NCBI GenBank assembly: GCA_964647995.1
Contig: CAZYNP010000003.1
Span: 132,571 to 196,570 of the forward strand
Direction: 5' to 3'
From: an uncultured Cytophagia bacterium
GTDB lineage: Bacteria; Zhuqueibacterota; Zhuqueibacteria; Thermofontimicrobiales; Thermofontimicrobiaceae
Length of the DNA stretch: 64,000 nt
In this document: in pieces, positions 28,814 through 38,820 of the stretch
How positions within the stretch are numbered: the first letter of the stretch is position 1
Layout: every line of letters starts with the position of its first letter
Made by a program: the position numbers and the translations under genes
Notes under the pieces: model-generated
Database searches by the model: none
What the model saw: only the letters and a program-made list of their open reading frames with translations
Told to the model about the DNA's origin: nothing

Positions 28814-30601
28814 ATGCGTGGAGCCATAAGCAAAACGATTTTCATCCTGTTATCAACCGCCATTACCGTTTTTGCCCAGCGCACAACGCTGGATTGGAAG
28901 GTACACAATGTCGGTAAGGTGCGACAGCTTATCACCAATATGGGTGCGTTATGGACTGCGTCCACCGACTATCCGGGCCTGATCTATTGTGAATATCCTC
29001 CCAATAGTCATGAGGAACACATCGGCGAAGCCGGCATCTGGGTGGGCGCCATCACGCCGGAAAATGATACCCTGGTCTCGGCCACAACCATCTGGGCCGA
29101 TCCCCATTTTGAATTTTACCCATCGGCCGCACCCGATGATACGGTCTGGGTGATCAACAAAGGCGATACGGTCAACATACCCTATTGGGGCCGATATACC
29201 GCCATTGCCGATCAGGATTTCGTTTGCCGGTACAGTGACTATTATCTGACCAATATCGGCGACCATCGGCCGTTGTATCTGGATGTCATTCAAATCAGCC
29301 ACGCCTGGAGTTCGTATCCGCTGGACGAGATGATTGTGTTTGAATTTTACGTTATCCCGACACGAAAAAATCTATCGCAGGTGTATATCGCTTACTGGAT
29401 GGACGGCAATGTGGGCTACCGCGGGGAAGGCTGGGGCTTTGCGCTGGACGATCTATCCTATTATTATGCCGACCGAAATCTGGCAGCGTCCATCGATCCC
29501 CCCACCGGAGAGGACGAGGCTGCCATCAGTCCCCTGGGCGTAAAAATCTTCCCCTCGGTCAAAATTCCGCCCTCGACGTTGCGCTGGACGTTTAATTGGT
29601 ACCCCGGCGGAGGTGCCGGTGGGCCAGCGGATCGTGATGGTGTGCTGCATCAGGAAATTAGCGCCGGCACCATCATGCGCAACCAGCAAAGCGGGGATGG
29701 CTCGCAGTTCATTCTCTCTTACGGGCCTTTGACTTTGGCCGTGGGCGATACGGCTTATTTTCGCGTCGGTCTGATATTGGGCGAAGGCGAAGCCAAAATG
29801 CTGGCCAATGCCGATCGATTGGATTGGCTGGTGCAAAAGGATTTTAGAGTTCCGGCGCCGCCACCGCTGCCTCCCTTGCGACTGGAAGCACGCTCGCATG
29901 AGATTACCCTGCGCTGGTCGCTTCAGCCGGGCGATATCGATCCCGAGACCTATCGCGATCCCAATCGTGCCGACAATGCAACCCAGCCGTTCGAGGGGTA
30001 CCGGGTCTACAAGAGCACTCGCAGCAAAACCGGCCCCTGGACCCTACTGGCCGAGTACGACGTACCCGCCAATCAATTCTTTTTGAATACCGGTCTACAA
30101 TATGAATATACAGATATCGGTCTATTGAACAACCTGGAATATTACTATACCGTCACCGCCTTTTCCAAGCCCGACCTGGAGATCGATTTTCCATCCCAGG
30201 AATCCAGCAAGAATGCCAATGCCAAATTGGCTGTCCCCGGCACCGCTGCCCCAGCTACTGTTGGCGAAGTCGCCGTGGTTCCCAATCCCTATCGCGGGGA
30301 TATTGCCTATCATGCTTACAATCCTGCCTGGGAAAAGCCCACCGGCACGCGTGATCGCTGGATGGAGCAAGATCGTCGCATTCAATTCATCAATTTGCCG
30401 GCACGTTGTGAGATCAAAATCTACTCGCTCGCCGGCGATTGGATTGTCACGATCCCGCACGACAATCCTCAGCAAGGCTATGAAGACTGGAATTTAACCT
30501 CAGCGGTGGGCCAGGCAATAGCCAGTGGCATCTATCTATTCACCGTTGAAGACATCACCAACGGCAAAGTTCAAATTGGCAAATTTGTGGTCATTAAATA
30601 A
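28814..30601 (+). CDS. Secreted protein: beta-rich N-domain, Fn3 and 'VPNPY'-type C-terminal domain (paralog 2)
   Basis: Colinear with 26820-28610 (WKVHNVGKVRQLITN; DQDFVCRYSDY; near-identical Fn3 and tail ending GKFVVIK). Confidence 0.75.
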   Translation: MRGAISKTIFILLSTAITVFAQRTTLDWKVHNVGKVRQLITNMGALWTASTDYPGLIYCEYPPNSHEEHIGEAGIWVGAITPENDTLVSATTIWADPHFEFYPSAAPDDTVWVINKGDTVNIPYWGRYTAIADQDFVCRYSDYYLTNIGDHRPLYLDVIQISHAWSSYPLDEMIVFEFYVIPTRKNLSQVYIAYWMDGNVGYRGEGWGFALDDLSYYYADRNLAASIDPPTGEDEAAISPLGVKIFPSVKIPPSTLRWTFNWYPGGGAGGPADRDGVLHQEISAGTIMRNQQSGDGSQFILSYGPLTLAVGDTAYFRVGLILGEGEAKMLANADRLDWLVQKDFRVPAPPPLPPLRLEARSHEITLRWSLQPGDIDPETYRDPNRADNATQPFEGYRVYKSTRSKTGPWTLLAEYDVPANQFFLNTGLQYEYTDIGLLNNLEYYYTVTAFSKPDLEIDFPSQESSKNANAKLAVPGTAAPATVGEVAVVPNPYRGDIAYHAYNPAWEKPTGTRDRWMEQDRRIQFINLPARCEIKIYSLAGDWIVTIPHDNPQQGYEDWNLTSAVGQAIASGIYLFTVEDITNGKVQIGKFVVIK

Positions 30602-30664
30602 CGACTATCCCAAGCGCTTTGTCTGAATGGTTTCCAATTGAAGTTCAAGCTAAAGGTCATTGCT

Positions 30665-31585
30665 ATGACACGAAAAATCATCATCGCCATCTTTATGTTT
30701 GCAAACGTCGCCCTGGCTCAATATGAACGACCAGGCAGCACCGATGCCCAATTTCTAAAAATTGGTGTCAGTGCTCGTGCTACCGGCATGGCCGACGCCT
30801 ATATCGCCGTTGCCGAGGGAGCTGAGGCCATGTACTACAATGTCGCTGCGCTGGCTCGGATTCCCAGCACCGATCTGGTATTCAATCACACCAGTTGGTT
30901 CGCCGGTATCAACCATGATTTTGTGGGTGTGGCACGAACCTTCGGTCGTGCTGGTACTTTCGGGGTGTCTCTGACTGCATTGTACACGGACGAAATGACC
31001 GTGCGAACGCCCCTGCGGCCCGATGGCACCGGCGAAACTTTCTATGCCAGTAATTTGCGCGCCGGAATTAGCTACGCTCGTTATTTGACCGATCGAGTCA
31101 CCTTTGGCGGCTCCATTAATTACATCAACCTATCCCTTTACTCCGACTTCCAGGCCGATGCTGTCTCCATGGACATTGGCATCCTGTACGTCACCAACTT
31201 TCGGAATTTCCGATTTGGGATGAAAATTGCAAATTTCGGCTCCGAAGTCAAGTTCGTCAATGAATCGTATCCGCTGCCGACCCATTTCACCTTTGGCATG
31301 GCCATCAATGCCGTGGATGCGGCTGCGCAAAAATTGCTGGTCAGCTTTGCCGCCTTGAAACCGAACGATGGCCAGCCGTTGGGCCAGGTCGGCGCTGAAT
31401 GGAATTACCAGAATTTGCTGTTTCTCCGAACTGGCTATCGCTTGAATCATGACGTAGCATCCTATTCTTTTGGTACCGGGGTTAAACTGAAAATTAGCGA
31501 CTATGCATTTCGCTTCGACTACTCCTACAGCGATTTTTCCCTATTGGGTCAGAGTCACCGGTTCGGAGTTGGGGTGTCGTTTTAG
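30665..31585 (+). CDS. PorV/PorQ-family (UPF0164) outer-membrane beta-barrel
   Basis: AQFLKIGVSARATGMADAY...AMYYNVAALA...HTSWFAGINHDF; amphipathic strands; ends FGVGVSF. Start 30665 or 30638. Confidence 0.85.
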   Translation: MTRKIIIAIFMFANVALAQYERPGSTDAQFLKIGVSARATGMADAYIAVAEGAEAMYYNVAALARIPSTDLVFNHTSWFAGINHDFVGVARTFGRAGTFGVSLTALYTDEMTVRTPLRPDGTGETFYASNLRAGISYARYLTDRVTFGGSINYINLSLYSDFQADAVSMDIGILYVTNFRNFRFGMKIANFGSEVKFVNESYPLPTHFTFGMAINAVDAAAQKLLVSFAALKPNDGQPLGQVGAEWNYQNLLFLRTGYRLNHDVASYSFGTGVKLKISDYAFRFDYSYSDFSLLGQSHRFGVGVSF

Positions 31586-31703
31586 TTACGGAACGCAGCC
31601 CGGCAACCGCTAATTTGCGATCAATTGCATAAATTAACGCAGGTACCTGACTGGCCGAAAGTTCAGGTTTAATTATTAGCAACCACATTTGGATTGAATT
31701 TTC

Positions 31704-34148
31704 ATGGACACACCTGGTGATAAAATTGTTCGGATTATCTTGTTGGTAATTTCAGGCAGCATGATGGTTGGTCAAAATCTAGCCGCCCAGGGGGAAGATT
31801 ACATCTATTACAAAAATTTCGTCCGGCACGCCAGCGGCGATGCCTGCAAGCATCTGCCACCGGCGGTGTCCTTCACGGTTTATCTCAACCAGGATCAGAC
31901 CAAAATCCTTACCGAGCAGGCTCCCCGCTGGGCCATCGGCGCCGACCCCAATATTCCCGGCAACGGCATTTTCGGCATCGAATTGGGAAACTTTGCCAAT
32001 CCCGAAGTTACGATTGGCGATACCGTTTGCATTCGTTTCACCTGCAATGAAACCCGGCAGCAGGGCTTGCTCACCGGCATTGTCACCGGCATCCCCTGGA
32101 TTACTTTTCCGCAGACGCTGTACCTGTCCGCGGTGGCCTTGCCTGAAGCGCCCCGAGAAATCACCCTCACCACCGATGAGCACCGGCATCGCATCCTGAA
32201 TTGGCAAGGAGTCCCGGGTGTCAGTTACTCCATCTATCGCCGCGCGCTGAGCGATACCGTGCGCACCGGCCAGGCCCGAATGATGTATCAACTTGTCGCC
32301 CAGAATATCATGGGCAATAGCTACCAGGATACCAGTGCCCTGACCCATGAAAAATATGGTTATCTCCTCTATGCGACCTCCAAAGAGGGCGTCACCAGTT
32401 CACACTCCCAGGAAGTGAACGAAGCACCGATCATTCACGAAGGCGATGACCTGACCATCGGCTGGATTGCCCGGCTGCCGCGGCTGAACTATGTCTGGGC
32501 CAGTCCCAACCCGAAAGTCGACGGCTGGCCGCAGGTAGGACAATTGGTCATCTGGCAGGCAATAGTAAAGAATTGGACCGCGACAGATCTGGCCCGCGTC
32601 AAATATTTGTGGTTTTGGGATGGCAGTCCGGTGGATTCTGGCTGCGTCGACCTTCCAGCCGGCGATACCGCCAGCGTCAACTTTGCCAACCCGTGGTCGT
32701 TCGATCGCCATGTGCTAACGCTGAGCCTTGATCCTGATAACCAGGTGGCCGAAGAGGAGGAACGAAATAACCAGTTATCCATTTTCACCGATGCCATTAG
32801 CGTGGGTTTTTACGTCGAACAGAGCCTGTACGACTATTTCCATCAATATCAGAAGCAGCTTCAGGTTCATGCCAATTGCTGGGAGGACTGGGCGCAACGT
32901 CACGTGCGGCGGTGGAATCAGATGTTTGCAGCGGCGATCTTCCCGGATACCCCACAGGGCGTCCTGGATCGAATTCGCATCGACCAAATTACCGTGGTGC
33001 CCGATGGCGCCTTGCCGTTAGCTGGCGGCGAGTTGCCGACCAATTTTCCCAATTTGCGTGATCGCACCGTAGATCTGCAATGGGGTTTTCCAGCGAGCCT
33101 GCTCAATGGTGACGGCTATAAGAATCACACCAGCGCCGTGGACAACAATCCTTTCTACTTCGAGGGCTCCTTGCTTCACGAATTGGGCCATGCTCGCTAC
33201 CTTATCGATCTCTATGGCTTCAATGTCCATGATAATGGCCGCGGCAACACCGTCGCCGTCAAAGAAAACGGTCGCTTAATTGTGGGCACGCCTTATTTAC
33301 CGCTGATGGGCGATGCGGTCCATTATACTCCAATCAAGGGCTTGATGAACGGCGAATACACTTTTATTGACGCTTATTCGGCCGCTGCACTCAATCTCAT
33401 CGCCGGGCACCGAGCAACGCAGGGCAATTATAATTCGCCAGGGAACATCGGAATTTTTATGAACGACCTGCCCCAGCAAAACATCCTTCTGATCCAGGAT
33501 GATAACGGACGTCCCCTGGATTACGCCGATGTCAAAATCTACCAGGCTACCGGTAACGCTGGCCAATGGTACGGCAAATTTTTCGATGACCAACCCGACC
33601 TATCCCTGAGCACGGACGAGAACGGCGAAGTGTTTGTCGGACGCTGTCCCTTCGATGCCGATGGCACGATCGAGCATGATTATGGCAAATCCAATGCGGT
33701 GGTGCTATTGCGGGTAGCTCATAATGGTCGGGTTGGATACACGTTTTTGGAATCCACCCAATTCAACATGGAATACTGGCGCGGGCATTCGGCCGTGGGC
33801 AAATACGAGGTGCGGGTGCCGTTAATCGAGCCGCCGAGCGCGGTGGTTGAAACAGCCGATGCTGAACCAACCGCTTTTCAGTTACATCCCTGTTATCCCA
33901 ATCCCTTCAATTCAACCACCTTTGTTAAGTACAGCCTGCCCGAGCCAGGCCAAACCGTAGTTCAGGTTTTCGATGTCACGGGCCGGGAAATTATCCGGCT
34001 CTGCGACAGGGCTCAGCCTGCTGGCTGCTATCAATTGCGATGGGAGGCAACATCCATGGCTCGCCAGCCTCTGGCTGCCGGTGTTTACTTCATTCGGCTG
34101 ACGCTGAAAAATTATAGTGCCACCCAAAAGGTCATCTACCTGAAATAA
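31704..34148 (+). CDS. Secreted zinc metalloprotease (M6-like HExxH) with Fn3, CARDB-like domain and PNPFN tail
   Basis: LLHELGHARYLIDLY; CARDB-like WQAIVKN...LDPDNQVAEEEERNN; HPCYPNPFNSTT...AAGVYFIRL...KVIYLK. Confidence 0.7.
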   Translation: MDTPGDKIVRIILLVISGSMMVGQNLAAQGEDYIYYKNFVRHASGDACKHLPPAVSFTVYLNQDQTKILTEQAPRWAIGADPNIPGNGIFGIELGNFANPEVTIGDTVCIRFTCNETRQQGLLTGIVTGIPWITFPQTLYLSAVALPEAPREITLTTDEHRHRILNWQGVPGVSYSIYRRALSDTVRTGQARMMYQLVAQNIMGNSYQDTSALTHEKYGYLLYATSKEGVTSSHSQEVNEAPIIHEGDDLTIGWIARLPRLNYVWASPNPKVDGWPQVGQLVIWQAIVKNWTATDLARVKYLWFWDGSPVDSGCVDLPAGDTASVNFANPWSFDRHVLTLSLDPDNQVAEEEERNNQLSIFTDAISVGFYVEQSLYDYFHQYQKQLQVHANCWEDWAQRHVRRWNQMFAAAIFPDTPQGVLDRIRIDQITVVPDGALPLAGGELPTNFPNLRDRTVDLQWGFPASLLNGDGYKNHTSAVDNNPFYFEGSLLHELGHARYLIDLYGFNVHDNGRGNTVAVKENGRLIVGTPYLPLMGDAVHYTPIKGLMNGEYTFIDAYSAAALNLIAGHRATQGNYNSPGNIGIFMNDLPQQNILLIQDDNGRPLDYADVKIYQATGNAGQWYGKFFDDQPDLSLSTDENGEVFVGRCPFDADGTIEHDYGKSNAVVLLRVAHNGRVGYTFLESTQFNMEYWRGHSAVGKYEVRVPLIEPPSAVVETADAEPTAFQLHPCYPNPFNSTTFVKYSLPEPGQTVVQVFDVTGREIIRLCDRAQPAGCYQLRWEATSMARQPLAAGVYFIRLTLKNYSATQKVIYLK

Positions 34149-34159
34149 GGAAATTTGAA

Positions 34160-35095
34160 ATGAAAATAACCCGAGCCATCAAACAGCAGACCCGCGATTA
34201 CATCGCCATTAGTTTCGGCGCCTTGGTCATGGCGGTGGGTGTAGCGGCCTTTCTGATCGATGCCAAAGTCGTTCCTGGCGGCGTCAGCGGCATCTCGATG
34301 ACCGTGCATTATCTTTCCAATTACCGCATTCCAGTGGGATTGTTGATCTGGTTGTTGAACATTCCACTGTATCTTTGGGCATTAAAAGAACTCGGCAGTC
34401 AGTTTGGGTGGCGAACCTTTGTGGGTTTCAGCCTGAACTCATTTTTCATCGATCTGTTGCGCGGCAATATCCCCGGTCTGTCGTTCATCAAAATCCAAAA
34501 TTCCACTGCGGTTCAAAACATCTACCAAAATGACTTTATCCTGGCCGTGCTCTTTGGGGCGATTTTGCTGGGAATCGGCCTGGGCATTGTGTTCAAGTTC
34601 CGTGGTTCTACCGGCGGATCGGATATCGTGGCCGCCATCATGCAAAAGAAATTCGGCTGGAAACCCGGCCAGGCCATCATGCTGATCGATTTTATGGTCA
34701 TTACCAGCGCCGGTATTATTATCCACCTCAAGGGGATTGCCACCGTCAAACCGGCACTGAGCTTGACCCTGTATGCCTTCATTTCGTTGTTTATTTCCGC
34801 CCGGCTGATCGATGTCATCTTCGAAGGCATGGACTATGCCAAGGCCGCACTGATCATTTCGCCCAAAAACCGTGAAATTTCCGAGGCCATCATGGATCAA
34901 CTCAGTCGTGGCGCAACCGCGCTCCATGGGCGAGGCCTGTATACCAATGCCGAACGCGAAATCATTTTTACCGTCGTCACCCACAAAGAGACAACTTTGC
35001 TTACCGATATCGTCAAGGAAATCGACCCCAAAGCATTCATAGTGATCAACAATGTCCATGAAGTTTTGGGCGAAGGGTTCCGGCGCCGGGTGTAA
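34160..35095 (+). CDS. YitT family membrane protein (DUF2179 C-terminus)
   Basis: VPGGVSG, LNIPLY, GSTGGSDIVA, QLSRGAT...GRGLYT...DPKAFIVINNVHEVLGEGF. Confidence 0.93.
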   Translation: MKITRAIKQQTRDYIAISFGALVMAVGVAAFLIDAKVVPGGVSGISMTVHYLSNYRIPVGLLIWLLNIPLYLWALKELGSQFGWRTFVGFSLNSFFIDLLRGNIPGLSFIKIQNSTAVQNIYQNDFILAVLFGAILLGIGLGIVFKFRGSTGGSDIVAAIMQKKFGWKPGQAIMLIDFMVITSAGIIIHLKGIATVKPALSLTLYAFISLFISARLIDVIFEGMDYAKAALIISPKNREISEAIMDQLSRGATALHGRGLYTNAEREIIFTVVTHKETTLLTDIVKEIDPKAFIVINNVHEVLGEGFRRRV

Positions 35096-35116
35096 CCGCC
35101 TTAATAGAAAAGAAAA

Positions 35117-38100
35117 GTGACTCCCATGCTGCGGCTGATTCCAATAGTGCTCATTGCTTTTTTCCAGCAATTGCCCCTATTTTCGCAACGCCTCGTTATC
35201 AATGAAATCATGTCCCAAAACACCAGCACCATTGCCGATAACGACCATGACTTCTCGGACTGGATCGAAATTTACAATGCCGATAGCGTTGCGGCCAACT
35301 TGAACGGCTTTGGCCTATCCGATGACTTCAGCCTGCCCTTCAAGTGGACCTTTCCGGCAGTTACGCTTCCCGCCAAAAGTTGCTTGCTGGTCTTTGCTTC
35401 CGGGAAAGACATTCGGGCGCTTCCGGCGCATTGGGAGACCGTGATCGACTGGGGCGACGATTGGAAATACCTGGTACCGGCGGCCGAGCCGGTCACCAAT
35501 TGGCGCAGCCCCAGCTTCGATGATTCCGCCTGGCCCACCGGCCCCAGCGGTTTCGGTTATGGCGATGGCGATGACGCCACCCTCCTGGCCAATCCGGATC
35601 ACTTTCAGCCGTCCCCCGTTTCGGTTTTCATTCGGAAAAAATTCACCGTAACCAATCTCGCCGATATTGTGCGCCTGGTGCTGCATGTCGACTTTGACGA
35701 TGGCTTTGTCGCCTATCTCAATGGCATCGAATTGGCGCGTAGCAACATGGGGCCGCCTGGGAAGTTGCCTGCATTCGACGAGTTCGCATCGGCTTCCCAC
35801 GAGGCCCAATTGTATCGCGGCGGTGAACCAGAACCATTCATGATTGCTGCGCCTGGCTCATTTCTGCTCCCGGGCGAGAATTATCTGGCGCTGGAGGTAC
35901 ATAATGCCGAACTCTATTCATCGGATTTGACGCTGATCCCATTCCTGACGCTGGAAATGAAAACCCCACCCGAGCATGGCCGGGGCGTCTCGCGCCATCT
36001 CCAGTTTCCCAGCTCGCCGCTGCAATTACACACCAATTTCAAAATCAAAGCCAGCGGCGAAACGCTGCGGCTAACTCATCCCCGCGGCGAGGTTGGCGAT
36101 CAGGTCACTATCGGTTTGCTGCCACCGGACATTTCCTTTGGCCGGCAGCCTGACGGCGGCGCCAACTGGTATTTTTTCGATCAGCCCACCCCGGCGCTCA
36201 GCAATACCCGGCCTGGCTATCAGCAGATAGCCGAACCACCCTCCTGCTCGCTCCCCGGCGGTTTTTACAACCAGCCGCTGCAGGTCGAGTTAACCAGCGC
36301 CCACCATGGCGCGGTGATTCGTTACACCCTGGATGGCTCACTCCCGACGGATACCTCATCCGGCTACGATTCACCTGTGCTGATCACCAAAACTACGGTC
36401 CTGCGGGCACGCGTATTTGGTTCAGGTCTGCTGCCAGGCGCAACCACCACGCAAACCTATCTTATCAATCAGCAATTTAGCCTGCCGGTCATCTCGCTGG
36501 TCACCGATCCGGCCAATCTATGGGACGTGGATAAGGGGATTTATGTTTTTGGCAAACATGCCGACACGCTCAACTATCCCTACTGGGGGGCTAATTTTTG
36601 GCAGGACTGGGAGCGCCCCATTCACCTGGAATTTTTTGAATCCAATGGAGTGCGGGGCTTTGATCTGGATGCCGGCGTTCAAATCTTCGGCTCCTGGAGT
36701 CGCCTCTACCCACAGAAGTCATTGGCCATTTTTGCCCGATCGAATTATGGCGCGGATGCCATTCGTTATTCGATTTTTCCGGATAAACCCATCGCCAGCT
36801 TCCAATCCCTGATCTTGCGGAACTCGGGTCAGGATTGGGGGCGAACTTTCTTTCGCGATGCCATGATGCAATTTTTGGTGCGAGCGACCATGGATCTCGA
36901 TATTCAGGCCTACCGTCCCGCCATGGTCTTTTTGAATGGCCAGCTTTGGGGCATTCACAACATTCGCGAAAAAATGAGCGAACACTATCTGGCTTCCAAT
37001 CGCCGCGTCGATCCCGAAAACATCGATTTCGTGGAGCGGGATAGCATGGTCATTAAAGGCGATCTATGGCACTATCGGCACCTGCTGCAGTTCATCGCCA
37101 CGAACGATCTGGCGCAGACCGAAAACTACGATTATGTTCGCGGCTTGATGGATGTGGAAAATTTCATGGACTACACCATCGCCGTCATCTATTTTGCCAA
37201 TCCCGATTGGCCCTGGAACAATGTGAAATGCTGGCGTCCGAGAACTGCCACCGGTCGCTGGAAATGGCTGCTCTATGATCTGGATTATGGCTTCCATGGC
37301 GGACACCTGGGTCCCGAGGCCAATATGTTTCGAGAAATGCGCCATCAGACCAATGGCACCACCGCTCTTTTTTTTCAGTTGCTGCAAAATAGCGAGTACC
37401 GTCGCCAATTCATCGATCGCTTTGCGGATCATCTGAACATCACCTTCGAGCCCGCGCGCGTGTTGCAAATTATCAAACAGTTCCAGGCGGGAATTGAAGC
37501 CGACATGCCCAGCCATATCGCCAGGTGGAAGGGCACCTTTACTGGCCCCTGGTGGCTCGGCAAATCCATCGATTCCATGGACGAATGGTACAGTCATATC
37601 AGCGTCTTGAATGACTTTGCGCAGCGACGCCCCGATTTTTTGCGAAGACAATTGCTGGAAGAATTTGGCCTGGTTGATGGCGGTATTGCAATTATCAAGT
37701 TGAACACCCAACCCACTCTCGGTGGACAAATCAAGCTCAATAGCCAGCTTCTCCATCAATTTCCCTGGTATGGCATCTATTTTCCCGATGTGCCCATCGA
37801 CCTGACCGCGATTCCTGCTCCGGGCTTTCGCTTCTCGCATTGGATCGGCCTCAGGCCCTCTGACCAGCCCGCCATCACCGCCAGGATCGCCGATCGCCAG
37901 GAAATCACTGCCGTCTTTGTGCCTGATACCACGGTCAGTGGCAGCATCGTGGTCACCGAGATCAACTACCAGTCGCACCCGTCAACTGATGCGGGCGATT
38001 GGATCGAATTGTACAATCGTGGGGCAACCACAATCGACCTGGCGGGCTGGATTTTCCGGGATGCCGAGGATCAACACCAATTTCAGATACCGCCGGCCAC

Positions 38101-38731
38101 CGTCATCACGCCGCACAGTTATCTTGTCCTCTGCCAGGACCAGCAGCGCTTTTCGGATCAATTTCCCGAAGTACATGGCTGCGCTGGTGACTTTTCTTTT
38201 GGTTTGAGCAGCAACGGTGATTCCATTCGCGTGGTTGATGCCGTCGGGAACAGGATCATTGCGTTTTGGTATGGCACTCAAACGCCCTGGCCTGAAGCCG
38301 CCAATGGCAGTGGGAAAACTTTGGCCTTAAAACATCCAGACCTATCGCCAGCATTGCCGCAAAATTGGGCAGCGTCGAACCAGATCGGGGGTACGCCTGG
38401 AGCGCCCAACGATTTGATCTCGGCTACTCAGCCAACTGCTCCTATGCCACCACCGATCGGCGAGCTGTTTCCCAATCACCCCAACCCATTCAATTCTGGC
38501 ACGAAGATTGAATTTTCCCTTGCCCAGCGCCAGGCGGTGTCGCTTCAAATCTATAACCTATTAGGCCAGACAATCCGGGTGCTCTGCCAGCAGCTGTTGC
38601 CTGCCGGAAAGCATGCCTTTTATTGGAACGGGAACGATTTTTCCGGCCAGGCCTGCCCTTCGGGAATATACTTCTGTCTGTTGACCACCGATAGCCATCA
38701 ACTGGTTCGAAAAATGGTGTTGATTCGCTAA
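35117..38731 (+). CDS. CotH kinase family protein with lamin-tail domains, Fn3-associated domain and PNPFN tail
   Basis: LTDs (VINEIMSQN...DWIEIYN; VVTEINY...DWIELYN), RYTLDGSLPT, WERPIHLEFF, LILRNSGQDW, YLNG-like FLNGQLWGIHNIREK, DWPWNN, WLLYDLDYGF, PNHPNPFNSGT tail. Confidence 0.88.
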   Translation: MTPMLRLIPIVLIAFFQQLPLFSQRLVINEIMSQNTSTIADNDHDFSDWIEIYNADSVAANLNGFGLSDDFSLPFKWTFPAVTLPAKSCLLVFASGKDIRALPAHWETVIDWGDDWKYLVPAAEPVTNWRSPSFDDSAWPTGPSGFGYGDGDDATLLANPDHFQPSPVSVFIRKKFTVTNLADIVRLVLHVDFDDGFVAYLNGIELARSNMGPPGKLPAFDEFASASHEAQLYRGGEPEPFMIAAPGSFLLPGENYLALEVHNAELYSSDLTLIPFLTLEMKTPPEHGRGVSRHLQFPSSPLQLHTNFKIKASGETLRLTHPRGEVGDQVTIGLLPPDISFGRQPDGGANWYFFDQPTPALSNTRPGYQQIAEPPSCSLPGGFYNQPLQVELTSAHHGAVIRYTLDGSLPTDTSSGYDSPVLITKTTVLRARVFGSGLLPGATTTQTYLINQQFSLPVISLVTDPANLWDVDKGIYVFGKHADTLNYPYWGANFWQDWERPIHLEFFESNGVRGFDLDAGVQIFGSWSRLYPQKSLAIFARSNYGADAIRYSIFPDKPIASFQSLILRNSGQDWGRTFFRDAMMQFLVRATMDLDIQAYRPAMVFLNGQLWGIHNIREKMSEHYLASNRRVDPENIDFVERDSMVIKGDLWHYRHLLQFIATNDLAQTENYDYVRGLMDVENFMDYTIAVIYFANPDWPWNNVKCWRPRTATGRWKWLLYDLDYGFHGGHLGPEANMFREMRHQTNGTTALFFQLLQNSEYRRQFIDRFADHLNITFEPARVLQIIKQFQAGIEADMPSHIARWKGTFTGPWWLGKSIDSMDEWYSHISVLNDFAQRRPDFLRRQLLEEFGLVDGGIAIIKLNTQPTLGGQIKLNSQLLHQFPWYGIYFPDVPIDLTAIPAPGFRFSHWIGLRPSDQPAITARIADRQEITAVFVPDTTVSGSIVVTEINYQSHPSTDAGDWIELYNRGATTIDLAGWIFRDAEDQHQFQIPPATVITPHSYLVLCQDQQRFSDQFPEVHGCAGDFSFGLSSNGDSIRVVDAVGNRIIAFWYGTQTPWPEAANGSGKTLALKHPDLSPALPQNWAASNQIGGTPGAPNDLISATQPTAPMPPPIGELFPNHPNPFNSGTKIEFSLAQRQAVSLQIYNLLGQTIRVLCQQLLPAGKHAFYWNGNDFSGQACPSGIYFCLLTTDSHQLVRKMVLIR

Positions 38732-38820
38732 ATCGCTGATCCTTCCACGACGTCGAGCGCTCGCCCACATTCATCGTTCTAAGCGCCTAACCTGGAAATA
38801 TGATTCGCTCAAAATTTTAG

